In this document: positions 57,447 to 64,000 of the stretch, piece by piece
Layout: each line of letters opens with the position of its first letter
Position numbering within the stretch: the stretch's first letter is position 1
From: an uncultured Pseudobdellovibrionaceae bacterium
Lineage (GTDB): Bacteria; Bdellovibrionota; Bdellovibrionia; Bdellovibrionales; UBA1609
Direction of reading: 5' to 3'
Assembly (NCBI GenBank): GCA_964360255.1
Contig: CAYHVK010000014.1
Location: 10,384 to 74,383, forward strand
DNA length: 64,000 bases
Translations under genes and position numbers: made by a program
The notes under the pieces: model-generated
Told to the model about the DNA's origin: nothing
Databases searched by the model: none
Seen by the model: the letters and a program-made list of their open reading frames with translations, nothing else

Positions 57447-57534
57447 GCTTCAAATCTCACATTAGACTTGAGTATGTGGTGTTATAAAATTATTTGTTTG
57501 TTGACCGCATAAGTATAGCCGATAAATTTGCATC

Positions 57535-58314
57535 ATGAGCAAAAATAGATTCGTTTACGTCATTATAACAGTCGCAGTTGTCGTTGGCCTCATTTACGTT
57601 TGGCAAGGTTCCTTTTTAGACGCAGCAACGACTAAGCAAGTACCTTCGAATACGATTCAAAATCAAGTCGCTAAAGATCCTCTGGAAACGAACACAACTT
57701 TCCATACTGAAAAACCAAAAGAGAACGCCTTATCTAAAGAGGTTGCTGCACAACAAATCCAAGAAAAGAAGGGTGGGACTGAAACTAAGCTCACAATTAG
57801 CAACTTTGAAGGGTTTGTTGGTAAGTGCTTCCACGGCGAAACCTGCGACTTCGGCGATGACCCAATCGCAATGTACAAGTATTTTAAACGAAGCGGTAAT
57901 GAGCGAGCTTGCGATAGCTTAATTGCCTTTCTTCGTAAACAGATGAAAGAGACTACGTCTCGAAAACGCTACAAAGATGTTCTTAAAAAAATGATTGATG
58001 ACTTTTATCCGCCTGAAGAAAAGCAATTTCAGGAGGCGGCCTATTATAATTATTCAGGCGATCTTCAGAAATCTTTAGATCTCTACTTGGACTTAGAGCT
58101 TAAATCACAAACTGATAGTTCGCTCAGACCGGCCCCCAAACTTAATATTGCGAATACCTTTTACGATATGAAGCGCTACAGAGATTCTCTTCCATATTAC
58201 GAGGCCGCACTTCAAGAGTTCATTTCTAATGGTGAAAGCGGCGCTGTCCCAGGCCGAAACGAAATGATTCGATTTGTAGAAGGTCGAATTGAAGACGTGA
58301 AAAAGCACCTTTAA
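57535..58314 (+). CDS. Hypothetical membrane-anchored protein
   Basis: N-terminal anchor FVYVIITVAVVVGLIYVW. The helical C-terminal half may be TPR-like. Confidence 0.5.
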   Translation: MSKNRFVYVIITVAVVVGLIYVWQGSFLDAATTKQVPSNTIQNQVAKDPLETNTTFHTEKPKENALSKEVAAQQIQEKKGGTETKLTISNFEGFVGKCFHGETCDFGDDPIAMYKYFKRSGNERACDSLIAFLRKQMKETTSRKRYKDVLKKMIDDFYPPEEKQFQEAAYYNYSGDLQKSLDLYLDLELKSQTDSSLRPAPKLNIANTFYDMKRYRDSLPYYEAALQEFISNGESGAVPGRNEMIRFVEGRIEDVKKHL

Positions 58315-58376
58315 GCGAAGCTTGCCCAAACCACTAGCTTAACTTCTGCACTGCGATCTAAAACTCACCCAAGAAC

Positions 58377-58423
58377 TGTCCGCCTTAAATACGGACCGGT
58401 TCGACATTTAAACTCGGCGGACA
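58377..58423. other. Extended imperfect hairpin in an intergenic region
   Basis: tgtccgcc-ttaaat-...-atttaa-actc-ggcggaca: an 8-bp outer stem plus a 6-bp inner stem. No T-run. Confidence 0.4.
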
Positions 58424-58451
58424 CTGAGCTCGCATATATTCCTTCCTAGCG

Positions 58452-58763
58452 ATGTCTAACCCAATGAGGTATATTAAAGATCTAGAAGCCGCAGGTTTTG
58501 AAAGAAACCAAGCTGAAGCTCAAGTCCAAATGGTGCTCGATGCAATCGAAGGTGATTTAGTGACTAAAAGTGATTTTGCAGTCTATCAAGAGAGAATCGA
58601 CAATCGATTCAATCAACTTGAGAATCGTATCACTCAGTCGCAACAACTGACTCAAGTACAATTCAAAGAATTTGAATTACGAATAGTGACTCGCTTAGGC
58701 GTCTTAATGGTCAGCACCACTTCAATCGCCGTCGCCATGCTCACCTGGCTAATTAAAGTCTAA
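58452..58763 (+). CDS. DUF1640 (CCDC90-like) coiled-coil protein with C-terminal TM
   Basis: YIKDLEAAGFERNQAEAQVQMVLDAIEGDLVTKSDF... and a C-terminal hydrophobic helix. Confidence 0.65.
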   Translation: MSNPMRYIKDLEAAGFERNQAEAQVQMVLDAIEGDLVTKSDFAVYQERIDNRFNQLENRITQSQQLTQVQFKEFELRIVTRLGVLMVSTTSIAVAMLTWLIKV

Positions 58764-58788
58764 ATTATTTCTCTTAAATAGACAGAAA

Positions 58789-58819
58789 ACAAAAAAGCGC
58801 ACCTTGTGAGTGCGCTTTT
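58789..58819. terminator. Bidirectional rho-independent terminator
   Basis: AAAAAAGCGCAC-cttgtga-GTGCGCTTTT between convergent genes. Confidence 0.8.
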
Positions 58820-58834
58820 CAATATCAAAAATAT

Positions 58835-58868
58835 TGTCCGGAATTCCCCAACGGGAAGCAGGTACCTT
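58835..58868. repeat. Solo half-copy of the 3803-3877 palindromic element
   Basis: 29 of 34 positions are identical to 3844-3877, and the last 19 nt (aacgggaagcaggtacctt) are identical. It again abuts the stop codon of a minus-strand gene. Confidence 0.8.
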
Positions 58869-59243
58869 TTATCTCGCGTATCTGCGGTTCATTGATTCGC
58901 GCATTTCTGCGCCTTCGATTGAAAGTCGTGTCCATGGAATCGCTAAAAGACGATCGGCTTCGATCGGCTCTTCAGTTTCTTCACAGATACCGTAAGTGCC
59001 TTGATCGATTCTGACTAATGCCATTTCGATTTCAACAAGTTGGCTACGAAGACGCTCATTAAGAGTGAGCACTTCGCTTTCTGCTAGAGCTTTAGTTGTT
59101 TGGTCACCTTCATCACCTGATTTACCGTCCTCAGAAGATCCCAAATCCTTTCGGACATCTCTAACGCGGTTCAGTATTTCTGTCTTTGCTTCTAGCAACG
59201 ATCTTTTGCATTTTTCCAAAAGAGCTTTAGTTACTTGTGCCAT
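58869..59243 (-). CDS. DksA/TraR-family protein lacking the Cys4 zinc finger
   Basis: AGGAGGGG RBS before ATG 59243. Coiled-coil region, then IDQGTYGICEETEEPIEADRLLAIPWTRLSIEG, with only one Cys where the family has CxxC...CxxC. Confidence 0.65.
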   Translation of the reverse strand: MAQVTKALLEKCKRSLLEAKTEILNRVRDVRKDLGSSEDGKSGDEGDQTTKALAESEVLTLNERLRSQLVEIEMALVRIDQGTYGICEETEEPIEADRLLAIPWTRLSIEGAEMRESMNRRYAR

Positions 59244-59450
59244 TGCCGGTCCCCTCCTGTGCTTTGGCGTTGTAAACAGTTCCAAAATGGAACTGAATTA
59301 TTTACACACCTTGCACCCTGTTAGGCAAGAATAAAAATAGGCTCAAAACACGTTATATTCGATTTGGAGTGAAACTCGACCTCTAAGTAGGCGATTTCTG
59401 GTCAGAACAAGGGATACCTTGGGTAGCCTCGACCTACAAAAGAGCCCGGC

Positions 59451-59927
59451 TCAATACGAAATTGTTGAGACTTTTAAAGGACGCCAAATTGTCGATTCAT
59501 GAACCCAGTACTCTCCACCCCAAGGGGCTTCGACTTGATACCATTCTTCAATGCGATCCAGTCTCTTGAAGGGCGTGTACTTATCAACCTGGCGAATATC
59601 AGCTAACGGAGCTGTATTGCTCCCTTGCTCGCGTAACTTGGCCGTCCAAGTTTTTATCGAAAGACAATTATATCTGTCGGTGGCGTTCTGTCCGTAGAGC
59701 CAATGTTTTTTGCCATCTTGGTCTTCCACTTCGATCCAACCATTCTTTGAACTGATCGCGATGAGGGGTGTGTACTTAGAAACTGTCCATGTGACTTTAT
59801 ATTTCGGCCCTGGGCCTTCTCGTAAGTTGGCTTCGTAAGTACTCACACAAAGGGCACGAGCTGAAAATGCCGCACCAGAAATAAAAAGCGAAATGATAAA
59901 ACGCGAGATTAAAACTTTTAAGTTCAC
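59451..59927 (-). CDS. Secreted protein with two bacterial SH3-like domains
   Basis: Signal peptide. YEANLREGPGPKYKVTW...NGWIEVEDQDGKKHWLY and a second similar module. Confidence 0.65.
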   Translation of the reverse strand: MNLKVLISRFIISLFISGAAFSARALCVSTYEANLREGPGPKYKVTWTVSKYTPLIAISSKNGWIEVEDQDGKKHWLYGQNATDRYNCLSIKTWTAKLREQGSNTAPLADIRQVDKYTPFKRLDRIEEWYQVEAPWGGEYWVHESTIWRPLKVSTISY

Positions 59928-60140
59928 TCTAAAAGGCTATCAGCTGTTAGGAGCATAGCCTACTGGGCGATAGTCGGAAGAAGGTCGGTTCACCGCCTAT
60001 TAAATTGTCACCACATTGAACCTCTTACAAAGAAAGTTGAGTGACCTGCGCTTTATGGCAATTGAGACCGGCATAAATCTTCCAGACATACGGGACGAAC
60101 TAAAAAACAAAACAGTAAAAAAACTCTTAAAGGAGTCCCC

Positions 60141-60596
60141 ATGTTGAAAAAAGCTATCCTAGCTACTGTTCTCACTATTTCTGCATCTGCCGCTTTAGCA
60201 ATGCCAGATTTCGCCGGAGAATATAATTGCAAAATCTCAACGACGAGCCCCGAAGGTTCTCAGTCTCTAGAAGCTCCGGTTTCTTTCGCCGTGAGCGATG
60301 CTGGTCTTACTATGAGCGGCGCCGGCAGTCAGACTTCTGATCCAATGCCTTGCAAAAACAGCACTGAAGATATTAACCAAAACGGTGTTACGGCAAAAGC
60401 TGTAATGAGCTGTTCAGCTTCAGTACTTGGTTTTGATATTAAAGTCTCTATACCGGCACAGAACATTGACGTAAAAACAGCAATGTCATTTGAAAAGACA
60501 TCTGCAACTCAACTCAAGTTCGTTATCGATGCGAATGGTGTGAACCAAGGTCAAAGCATTTCAGCTAAGATCGTTGGCGATTGCACTAAGAAATAA
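60141..60596 (+). CDS. Small secreted protein, unknown function
   Basis: AAGGAG RBS. Signal MLKKAILATVLTISASAALA. 4 Cys. Confidence 0.55.
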   Translation: MLKKAILATVLTISASAALAMPDFAGEYNCKISTTSPEGSQSLEAPVSFAVSDAGLTMSGAGSQTSDPMPCKNSTEDINQNGVTAKAVMSCSASVLGFDIKVSIPAQNIDVKTAMSFEKTSATQLKFVIDANGVNQGQSISAKIVGDCTKK

Positions 60597-60630
60597 GACA
60601 GAAGTTTTTAGATTTAAAATATCTAGAATT

Positions 60631-60667
60631 AAAAATGGCTGAAGATTTATTTTCAGCCATTTTTTTT
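60631..60667. terminator. Bidirectional rho-independent terminator
   Basis: AAAAATGGCTGAA-gatttatt-TTCAGCCATTTTTTTT between convergent genes. It touches the xth stop codon. Confidence 0.8.
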
Positions 60668-61436
60668 ATAACGCAACAACTGGGCAGTGATCTGAGCCAT
60701 CTTGGTCTTCGAGTTGATCACAGTCTCTAAAAACTTCTGCCAGCTTTGGCGTTGTACAAATGTAATCAATTCTCCACCCGCGATTACCCATGCGGGCTTT
60801 TTGAAAATAACTCCACCATGTGTAACGGTGTTTTTCAGTGGGACGAAACTTTCTGAAAAGATCAACAAATCCGGATTTTAAAAAACTTTCAAACCAAGCC
60901 CGTTCCACTGGTAAAAATCCGCTCTCGGTTGAGAGACCCACAGGATCATAAACATCGATATCGAGATAGGCCACGTTGTAATCACCAACGAGAATAATTT
61001 CGCGGCCGGATTTAATTTTATCCATTAGGTGCTGTGTGAACTCTTGCAAAAACTCTTGCTTGAACTGATGACGAACATCCCCTGATCCGCCGTTTGGAAA
61101 ATAAACATTATAAAGTAAGAAATCTTTGTGATCAGTGACAACGAAGCGGCCCTCACTGTCATAGCGATCAATGCCAATACCGGTTTGCACTTCAATAGCG
61201 TCAAGGCCAGCTCCTTCGCGTACATATGTCACTGTGCCTGAGTAACCGGACTTTTTTGCTGATGACCAATAACTTTTGTAACCAGATACATTGACGATTT
61301 CTGGTGGAACTTGGTCTTTATGGGCTTTTGACTCTTGTAGACATAAAATATCGGGCTTTTCAGCGGCAATAAATTCTAAGAAACCTTTTTTAGCAACGGC
61401 TCGGATGCCGTTGACATTCCAGGTGATGATTTTCAT
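60666..61436 (-). CDS. xth: Exodeoxyribonuclease III
   Basis: MKIITWNVNGIRA, LCLQESK, GDYNVA, SDHCPV. Confidence 0.9.
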   Translation of the reverse strand: MKIITWNVNGIRAVAKKGFLEFIAAEKPDILCLQESKAHKDQVPPEIVNVSGYKSYWSSAKKSGYSGTVTYVREGAGLDAIEVQTGIGIDRYDSEGRFVVTDHKDFLLYNVYFPNGGSGDVRHQFKQEFLQEFTQHLMDKIKSGREIILVGDYNVAYLDIDVYDPVGLSTESGFLPVERAWFESFLKSGFVDLFRKFRPTEKHRYTWWSYFQKARMGNRGWRIDYICTTPKLAEVFRDCDQLEDQDGSDHCPVVAL

Positions 61437-61525
61437 ATGAGCCCTCCCGAATTCTTTTGTGAGTCATAAATTACTCTGATAAAAATATCACTTCAATAAC
61501 GAATGGCGTTAACAAGGGAGTTTTT

Positions 61526-62050
61526 ATGCCTATGATAGGTCAACCAGCACCGCAATTTACGGCCCAAGCAGTTGTCGACGGCGGAGATTTTAAAGAGGTT
61601 CGTCTTTCTGATTACCGCGGCAAATTTGTCGTCCTTTTCTTTTATCCTTTGGATTTCACATTCGTCTGCCCAACTGAAATTACCCAGTTCAGAGATTCAA
61701 TTGCTGAGTTCCGCACAGCTGGAGCTGAAGTTCTCGGCTGCTCAATTGATTCCGTTCACTCACACAAACGCTGGATTAAAGACGATCTTGGTGAACTTGG
61801 TTATCCACTTATTGGCGATGTGACAAAACAAATCGCCCGCGACTACGGCGTTCTTTTACAAGATAAAGGTATTGCCACTCGCGGCACGTTTATTATCGAT
61901 CAAGAAGGTATTGTTCAGTACATGGGCATTCACAACTTGAACGTGGGCCGCGATAGCGGTGAAATTTTACGTGTTCTGCAGGCGCTTAAATCTGGCGAAC
62001 TTTGCGGAGCGGGCTGGAAGCCAGGAACTAAACACGTATCTGTTAAGTAA
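61526..62050 (+). CDS. Typical 2-Cys peroxiredoxin (AhpC/Prx1 subfamily)
   Basis: FYPLDFTFVCPTEI peroxidatic Cys motif and a C-terminal resolving-Cys region GELCGAGWKPG. Confidence 0.9.
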   Translation: MPMIGQPAPQFTAQAVVDGGDFKEVRLSDYRGKFVVLFFYPLDFTFVCPTEITQFRDSIAEFRTAGAEVLGCSIDSVHSHKRWIKDDLGELGYPLIGDVTKQIARDYGVLLQDKGIATRGTFIIDQEGIVQYMGIHNLNVGRDSGEILRVLQALKSGELCGAGWKPGTKHVSVK

Positions 62051-62063
62051 TCTGTAAAATAAT

Positions 62064-63206
62064 TTGCTCAACCACTACATTGAAAAATTAAATTCAAAGT
62101 ATCCATCGGCCGCTGAATTCAAAGGTGGCCCACAAGGCCTGCGCGAAAGTGTGGGCCCTATAATTTCTAACCATACCATTGAGCTTCCCACTTCGGTTTA
62201 TGCGAAAGTTCAAAGCACCGTTCGTGACCTTTATGCTTATGCCAAATCTCCTGGCTATCTCAGCTGGTTAATTGAAGAATATAAGCGCCAAGGTGATGCA
62301 CTCGCTGTTGAAATTTTAGAAGCTAAGACGAAAAATAATTCCATTCTTATGGCTTACGATTTTCATTATGAGCCCATTAGCAAAGTGCTCTCACTAATTG
62401 AAATCAACACCAATGCCAGTGCTTTTCTTTTTTCAGACTTGGTTTATCGCGCTACCAGAACTTCATTTTTAGAAGATAAGACCGATCCTCTCGATCTTTT
62501 TTTGAAGGCCGTCGAAAATGAGAGTCAGCTCACGCTGGGTAGAAAAGCCAAAAATATAGCCATCATCGATGAAGATCTTGATAAGCAAAAAATGTTCTTA
62601 GAATTCTTAATGTATCGCGATCTATTTAAAGCTAATGGCTACAGCGCTGAAATCTTCGATTACAAAGATGTTCCGCTCAATGGCGCTATAGATTTCATAT
62701 ACAACCGCTACTGTGACTTCACTTTAAGCGAAGGCCGCTCGGCTCACCTGCGCCGAACTCTTCTTGACGGAAAAATTTGCATATCTCCGCATCCAAAAGA
62801 ATATTTACTTTTAGCTCACAAAGAGCGCTTGATTCATTTCGCTGAAAAAAATCTCAGTGATACTTTGATCCCGACTTTTCTCCTGGATGAAAAAACCGAT
62901 GCCACTGAACTCTGGACGAAGCGCAAAGGATTATTCTTTAAACCACGCGCCCTTTACGGAGCGAAAGCCACCTACAAAGGTTCGTCGATCAGCCATAAAA
63001 CATTTGAAAAGCTTTTCGCAAAAGACTCTCCGCTGTATTTAGCACAAGAGTTTCGTCCAGCTGGTGAAAATAATGGATTCAAATTTGATCTGCGCTTTTA
63101 CGCCTATGAAGATCAGATTCATCTTGGCATCGCTCGTGTGTATCAAGGACAGGTTACTAACTTTAATACACCCGGCGGCGGCTTTGCCCCTATAAAGTTA
63201 ATTTAA
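62064..63206 (+). CDS. ATP-grasp-fold enzyme of unknown substrate (glutathionylspermidine-synthase / circularly permuted ATP-grasp-like)
   Basis: MAYDFHYEP...LSLIEINTNA, FIYNRYCDF, LAHKERL, LFFKPRALYGAKATY, AQEF and FNTPGGGFAPI follow the order of ATP-grasp motifs. TTG start uncertain, 13 nt after the prx stop. Confidence 0.5.
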   Translation: MLNHYIEKLNSKYPSAAEFKGGPQGLRESVGPIISNHTIELPTSVYAKVQSTVRDLYAYAKSPGYLSWLIEEYKRQGDALAVEILEAKTKNNSILMAYDFHYEPISKVLSLIEINTNASAFLFSDLVYRATRTSFLEDKTDPLDLFLKAVENESQLTLGRKAKNIAIIDEDLDKQKMFLEFLMYRDLFKANGYSAEIFDYKDVPLNGAIDFIYNRYCDFTLSEGRSAHLRRTLLDGKICISPHPKEYLLLAHKERLIHFAEKNLSDTLIPTFLLDEKTDATELWTKRKGLFFKPRALYGAKATYKGSSISHKTFEKLFAKDSPLYLAQEFRPAGENNGFKFDLRFYAYEDQIHLGIARVYQGQVTNFNTPGGGFAPIKLI

Positions 63207-63228
63207 GTAATACCGATATGATACATAG

Positions 63229-64000
63229 ATGGGTCAAATACGCGCTCGTAAGAGCACATCTTCTATTGCATCACTTCGGCCAAACACTCGAATTTCACAA
63301 TTTGATTACACGACTTTTGACCAGATCGATGGCTCACATCCATGGCAAGAGTGTGTTCCTGAAGGCTATATTCTTTATCCAGCTCGCCGCCTTCACTACG
63401 GAAAAGTCGTTTATTTCAATTATGATTTAGCTAAAGAGATGGGATTGATTCCGAAATCTCACGGACACAACCTGACTCCAGCCCTAGAAAATAAACTACT
63501 TGAAACATTTAATCTAAGAATCATTAACGAGTTCGACGAGAAAAACTCCATTCGTTATCACCCTTCTTTAGTAAAAAAGAACAAGTTTATGGCCACTCGT
63601 TACTTGCAACTTCAGCATGCTGATAAAAAGGGCCGCACTTCTGGTGATGGACGCAGTATATGGAATGGTGTTGTAAAAAATAAGGGCATTGTGTGGGACA
63701 TTTCAAGCCGTGGCACGGGTGTGACATCGCTGTCACCGGGCGCCGTTGAAGCCGGCAAGCCACTTCGCTCAGGCTCTACCACTCATGGTTATGGTTGTGG
63801 GCTTGCCGATATCGATGAACTTTTAGGCGCTTCTATTATGGCCGAATCATTTCACAAAAATGGCGTTAAAACCGAGCGCATGCTTCTTGTTATTGATCAT
63901 GGTGATGGCAACGGTATAGGTGTGCGCGCTGGTGAAAACCTTATACGTCCTGCCCACCTATTTATTCATTTAAAACAAGAGAACCATGATGCTTTAGCAC
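63229..64000 (+). CDS. SelO/YdiU-like (UPF0061) pseudokinase-fold protein, 5' part (runs off window end)
   Basis: Own translation from ATG 63229: MGQIRARKST...YLQLQHADKKGRTSGDGRSIWNGVV..WDISSRGTGVTSLS...ASIMAESFHKNGVKTERMLLVI...GVRAGENLIRPAHLF. The order GDGR / xKGxGxT / SE-helix / T.R.L / R..hl parallels SelO. Open to position 64000. The track ORF 63218-63430 is in the wrong frame. Confidence 0.5.
   Translation, partial: MGQIRARKSTSSIASLRPNTRISQFDYTTFDQIDGSHPWQECVPEGYILYPARRLHYGKVVYFNYDLAKEMGLIPKSHGHNLTPALENKLLETFNLRIINEFDEKNSIRYHPSLVKKNKFMATRYLQLQHADKKGRTSGDGRSIWNGVVKNKGIVWDISSRGTGVTSLSPGAVEAGKPLRSGSTTHGYGCGLADIDELLGASIMAESFHKNGVKTERMLLVIDHGDGNGIGVRAGENLIRPAHLFIHLKQENHDALA

Noticed and set aside
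63218-63430. Track ORF of 70 aa after the ATP-grasp gene.
   Set aside because: It is out of frame with, and fully overlapped by, the much longer SelO-like ORF. That ORF starts at 63229 and stays open to the end of the window.
1-64000. Search by eye for CRISPR arrays, rRNA or tRNA genes, IS elements or transposases, integrases, reverse transcriptases and phage structural genes.
   Set aside because: I saw no regularly spaced direct repeats, no tRNA-like cloverleaf, no rRNA-like stretch, and no ORF with DDE, tyrosine-recombinase or RT motifs. The only GGTTCG-type T-loop-like string, at 39129, lacks matching stems. A computational scan (tRNAscan-SE, Infernal, ISfinder) would be needed to exclude small or degenerate elements.

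Overview
The window is a compact, gene-dense chromosomal segment from a Gram-negative bacterium. That call rests on outer-membrane barrels, a TonB-like protein, lipoproteins and Sec signal peptides. About 65 protein genes are packed with short or overlapping junctions. The organism cannot be identified from the sequence alone. The moderate GC, GGGGG/GGAGG-type ribosome-binding sites and abundance of secreted wall hydrolases would fit a Bdellovibrio-like lineage, but that is a low-confidence guess.

Recognisable housekeeping genes are pssA, asd, truA, rplM-rpsI, trxB, trmB, ggt, leuS, speA plus an agmatinase-like gene, xth and a 2-Cys peroxiredoxin. There are also two oligopeptide-type ABC importers, several envelope and peptidoglycan enzymes (DsbA-like, MltB-like, M23, SleB-like), a PP2C phosphatase, a REC-GGDEF protein with a CDF transporter, and a LysR regulator. 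By eye I found no rRNA, tRNA, CRISPR array, transposase or integrase.

Nothing here is a demonstrably new system. The candidates I consider most worth following up are:
1. The translationally coupled tlpA-like / DUF4266-like / DUF3570-like / apbE operon (16492-19354). The predicted outer-membrane barrel carries a perfect D-x-x-T-G-A-S flavinylation motif, while the ApbE has no export signal.
2. A Cys-rich surface protein with a CFITTAAYGS C-terminal box, coupled to its own beta-barrel (8728-11153).
3. An AT-rich islet (34801-38422). It encodes a glycine-zipper secreted protein, a 4 x 31-aa Cys-repeat protein behind a sigma-54-like promoter, and a toxin-antitoxin-like pair with a 22-bp palindromic operator.
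4. A family of conserved palindromic elements placed at or just after the stop codons of three minus-strand genes.
5. An unannotated 29-codon Lys/Cys-rich ORF plus a perfect 17-bp hairpin beside the LysR gene.

All family assignments come from motif recognition in the translations. No similarity search or folding program was run.
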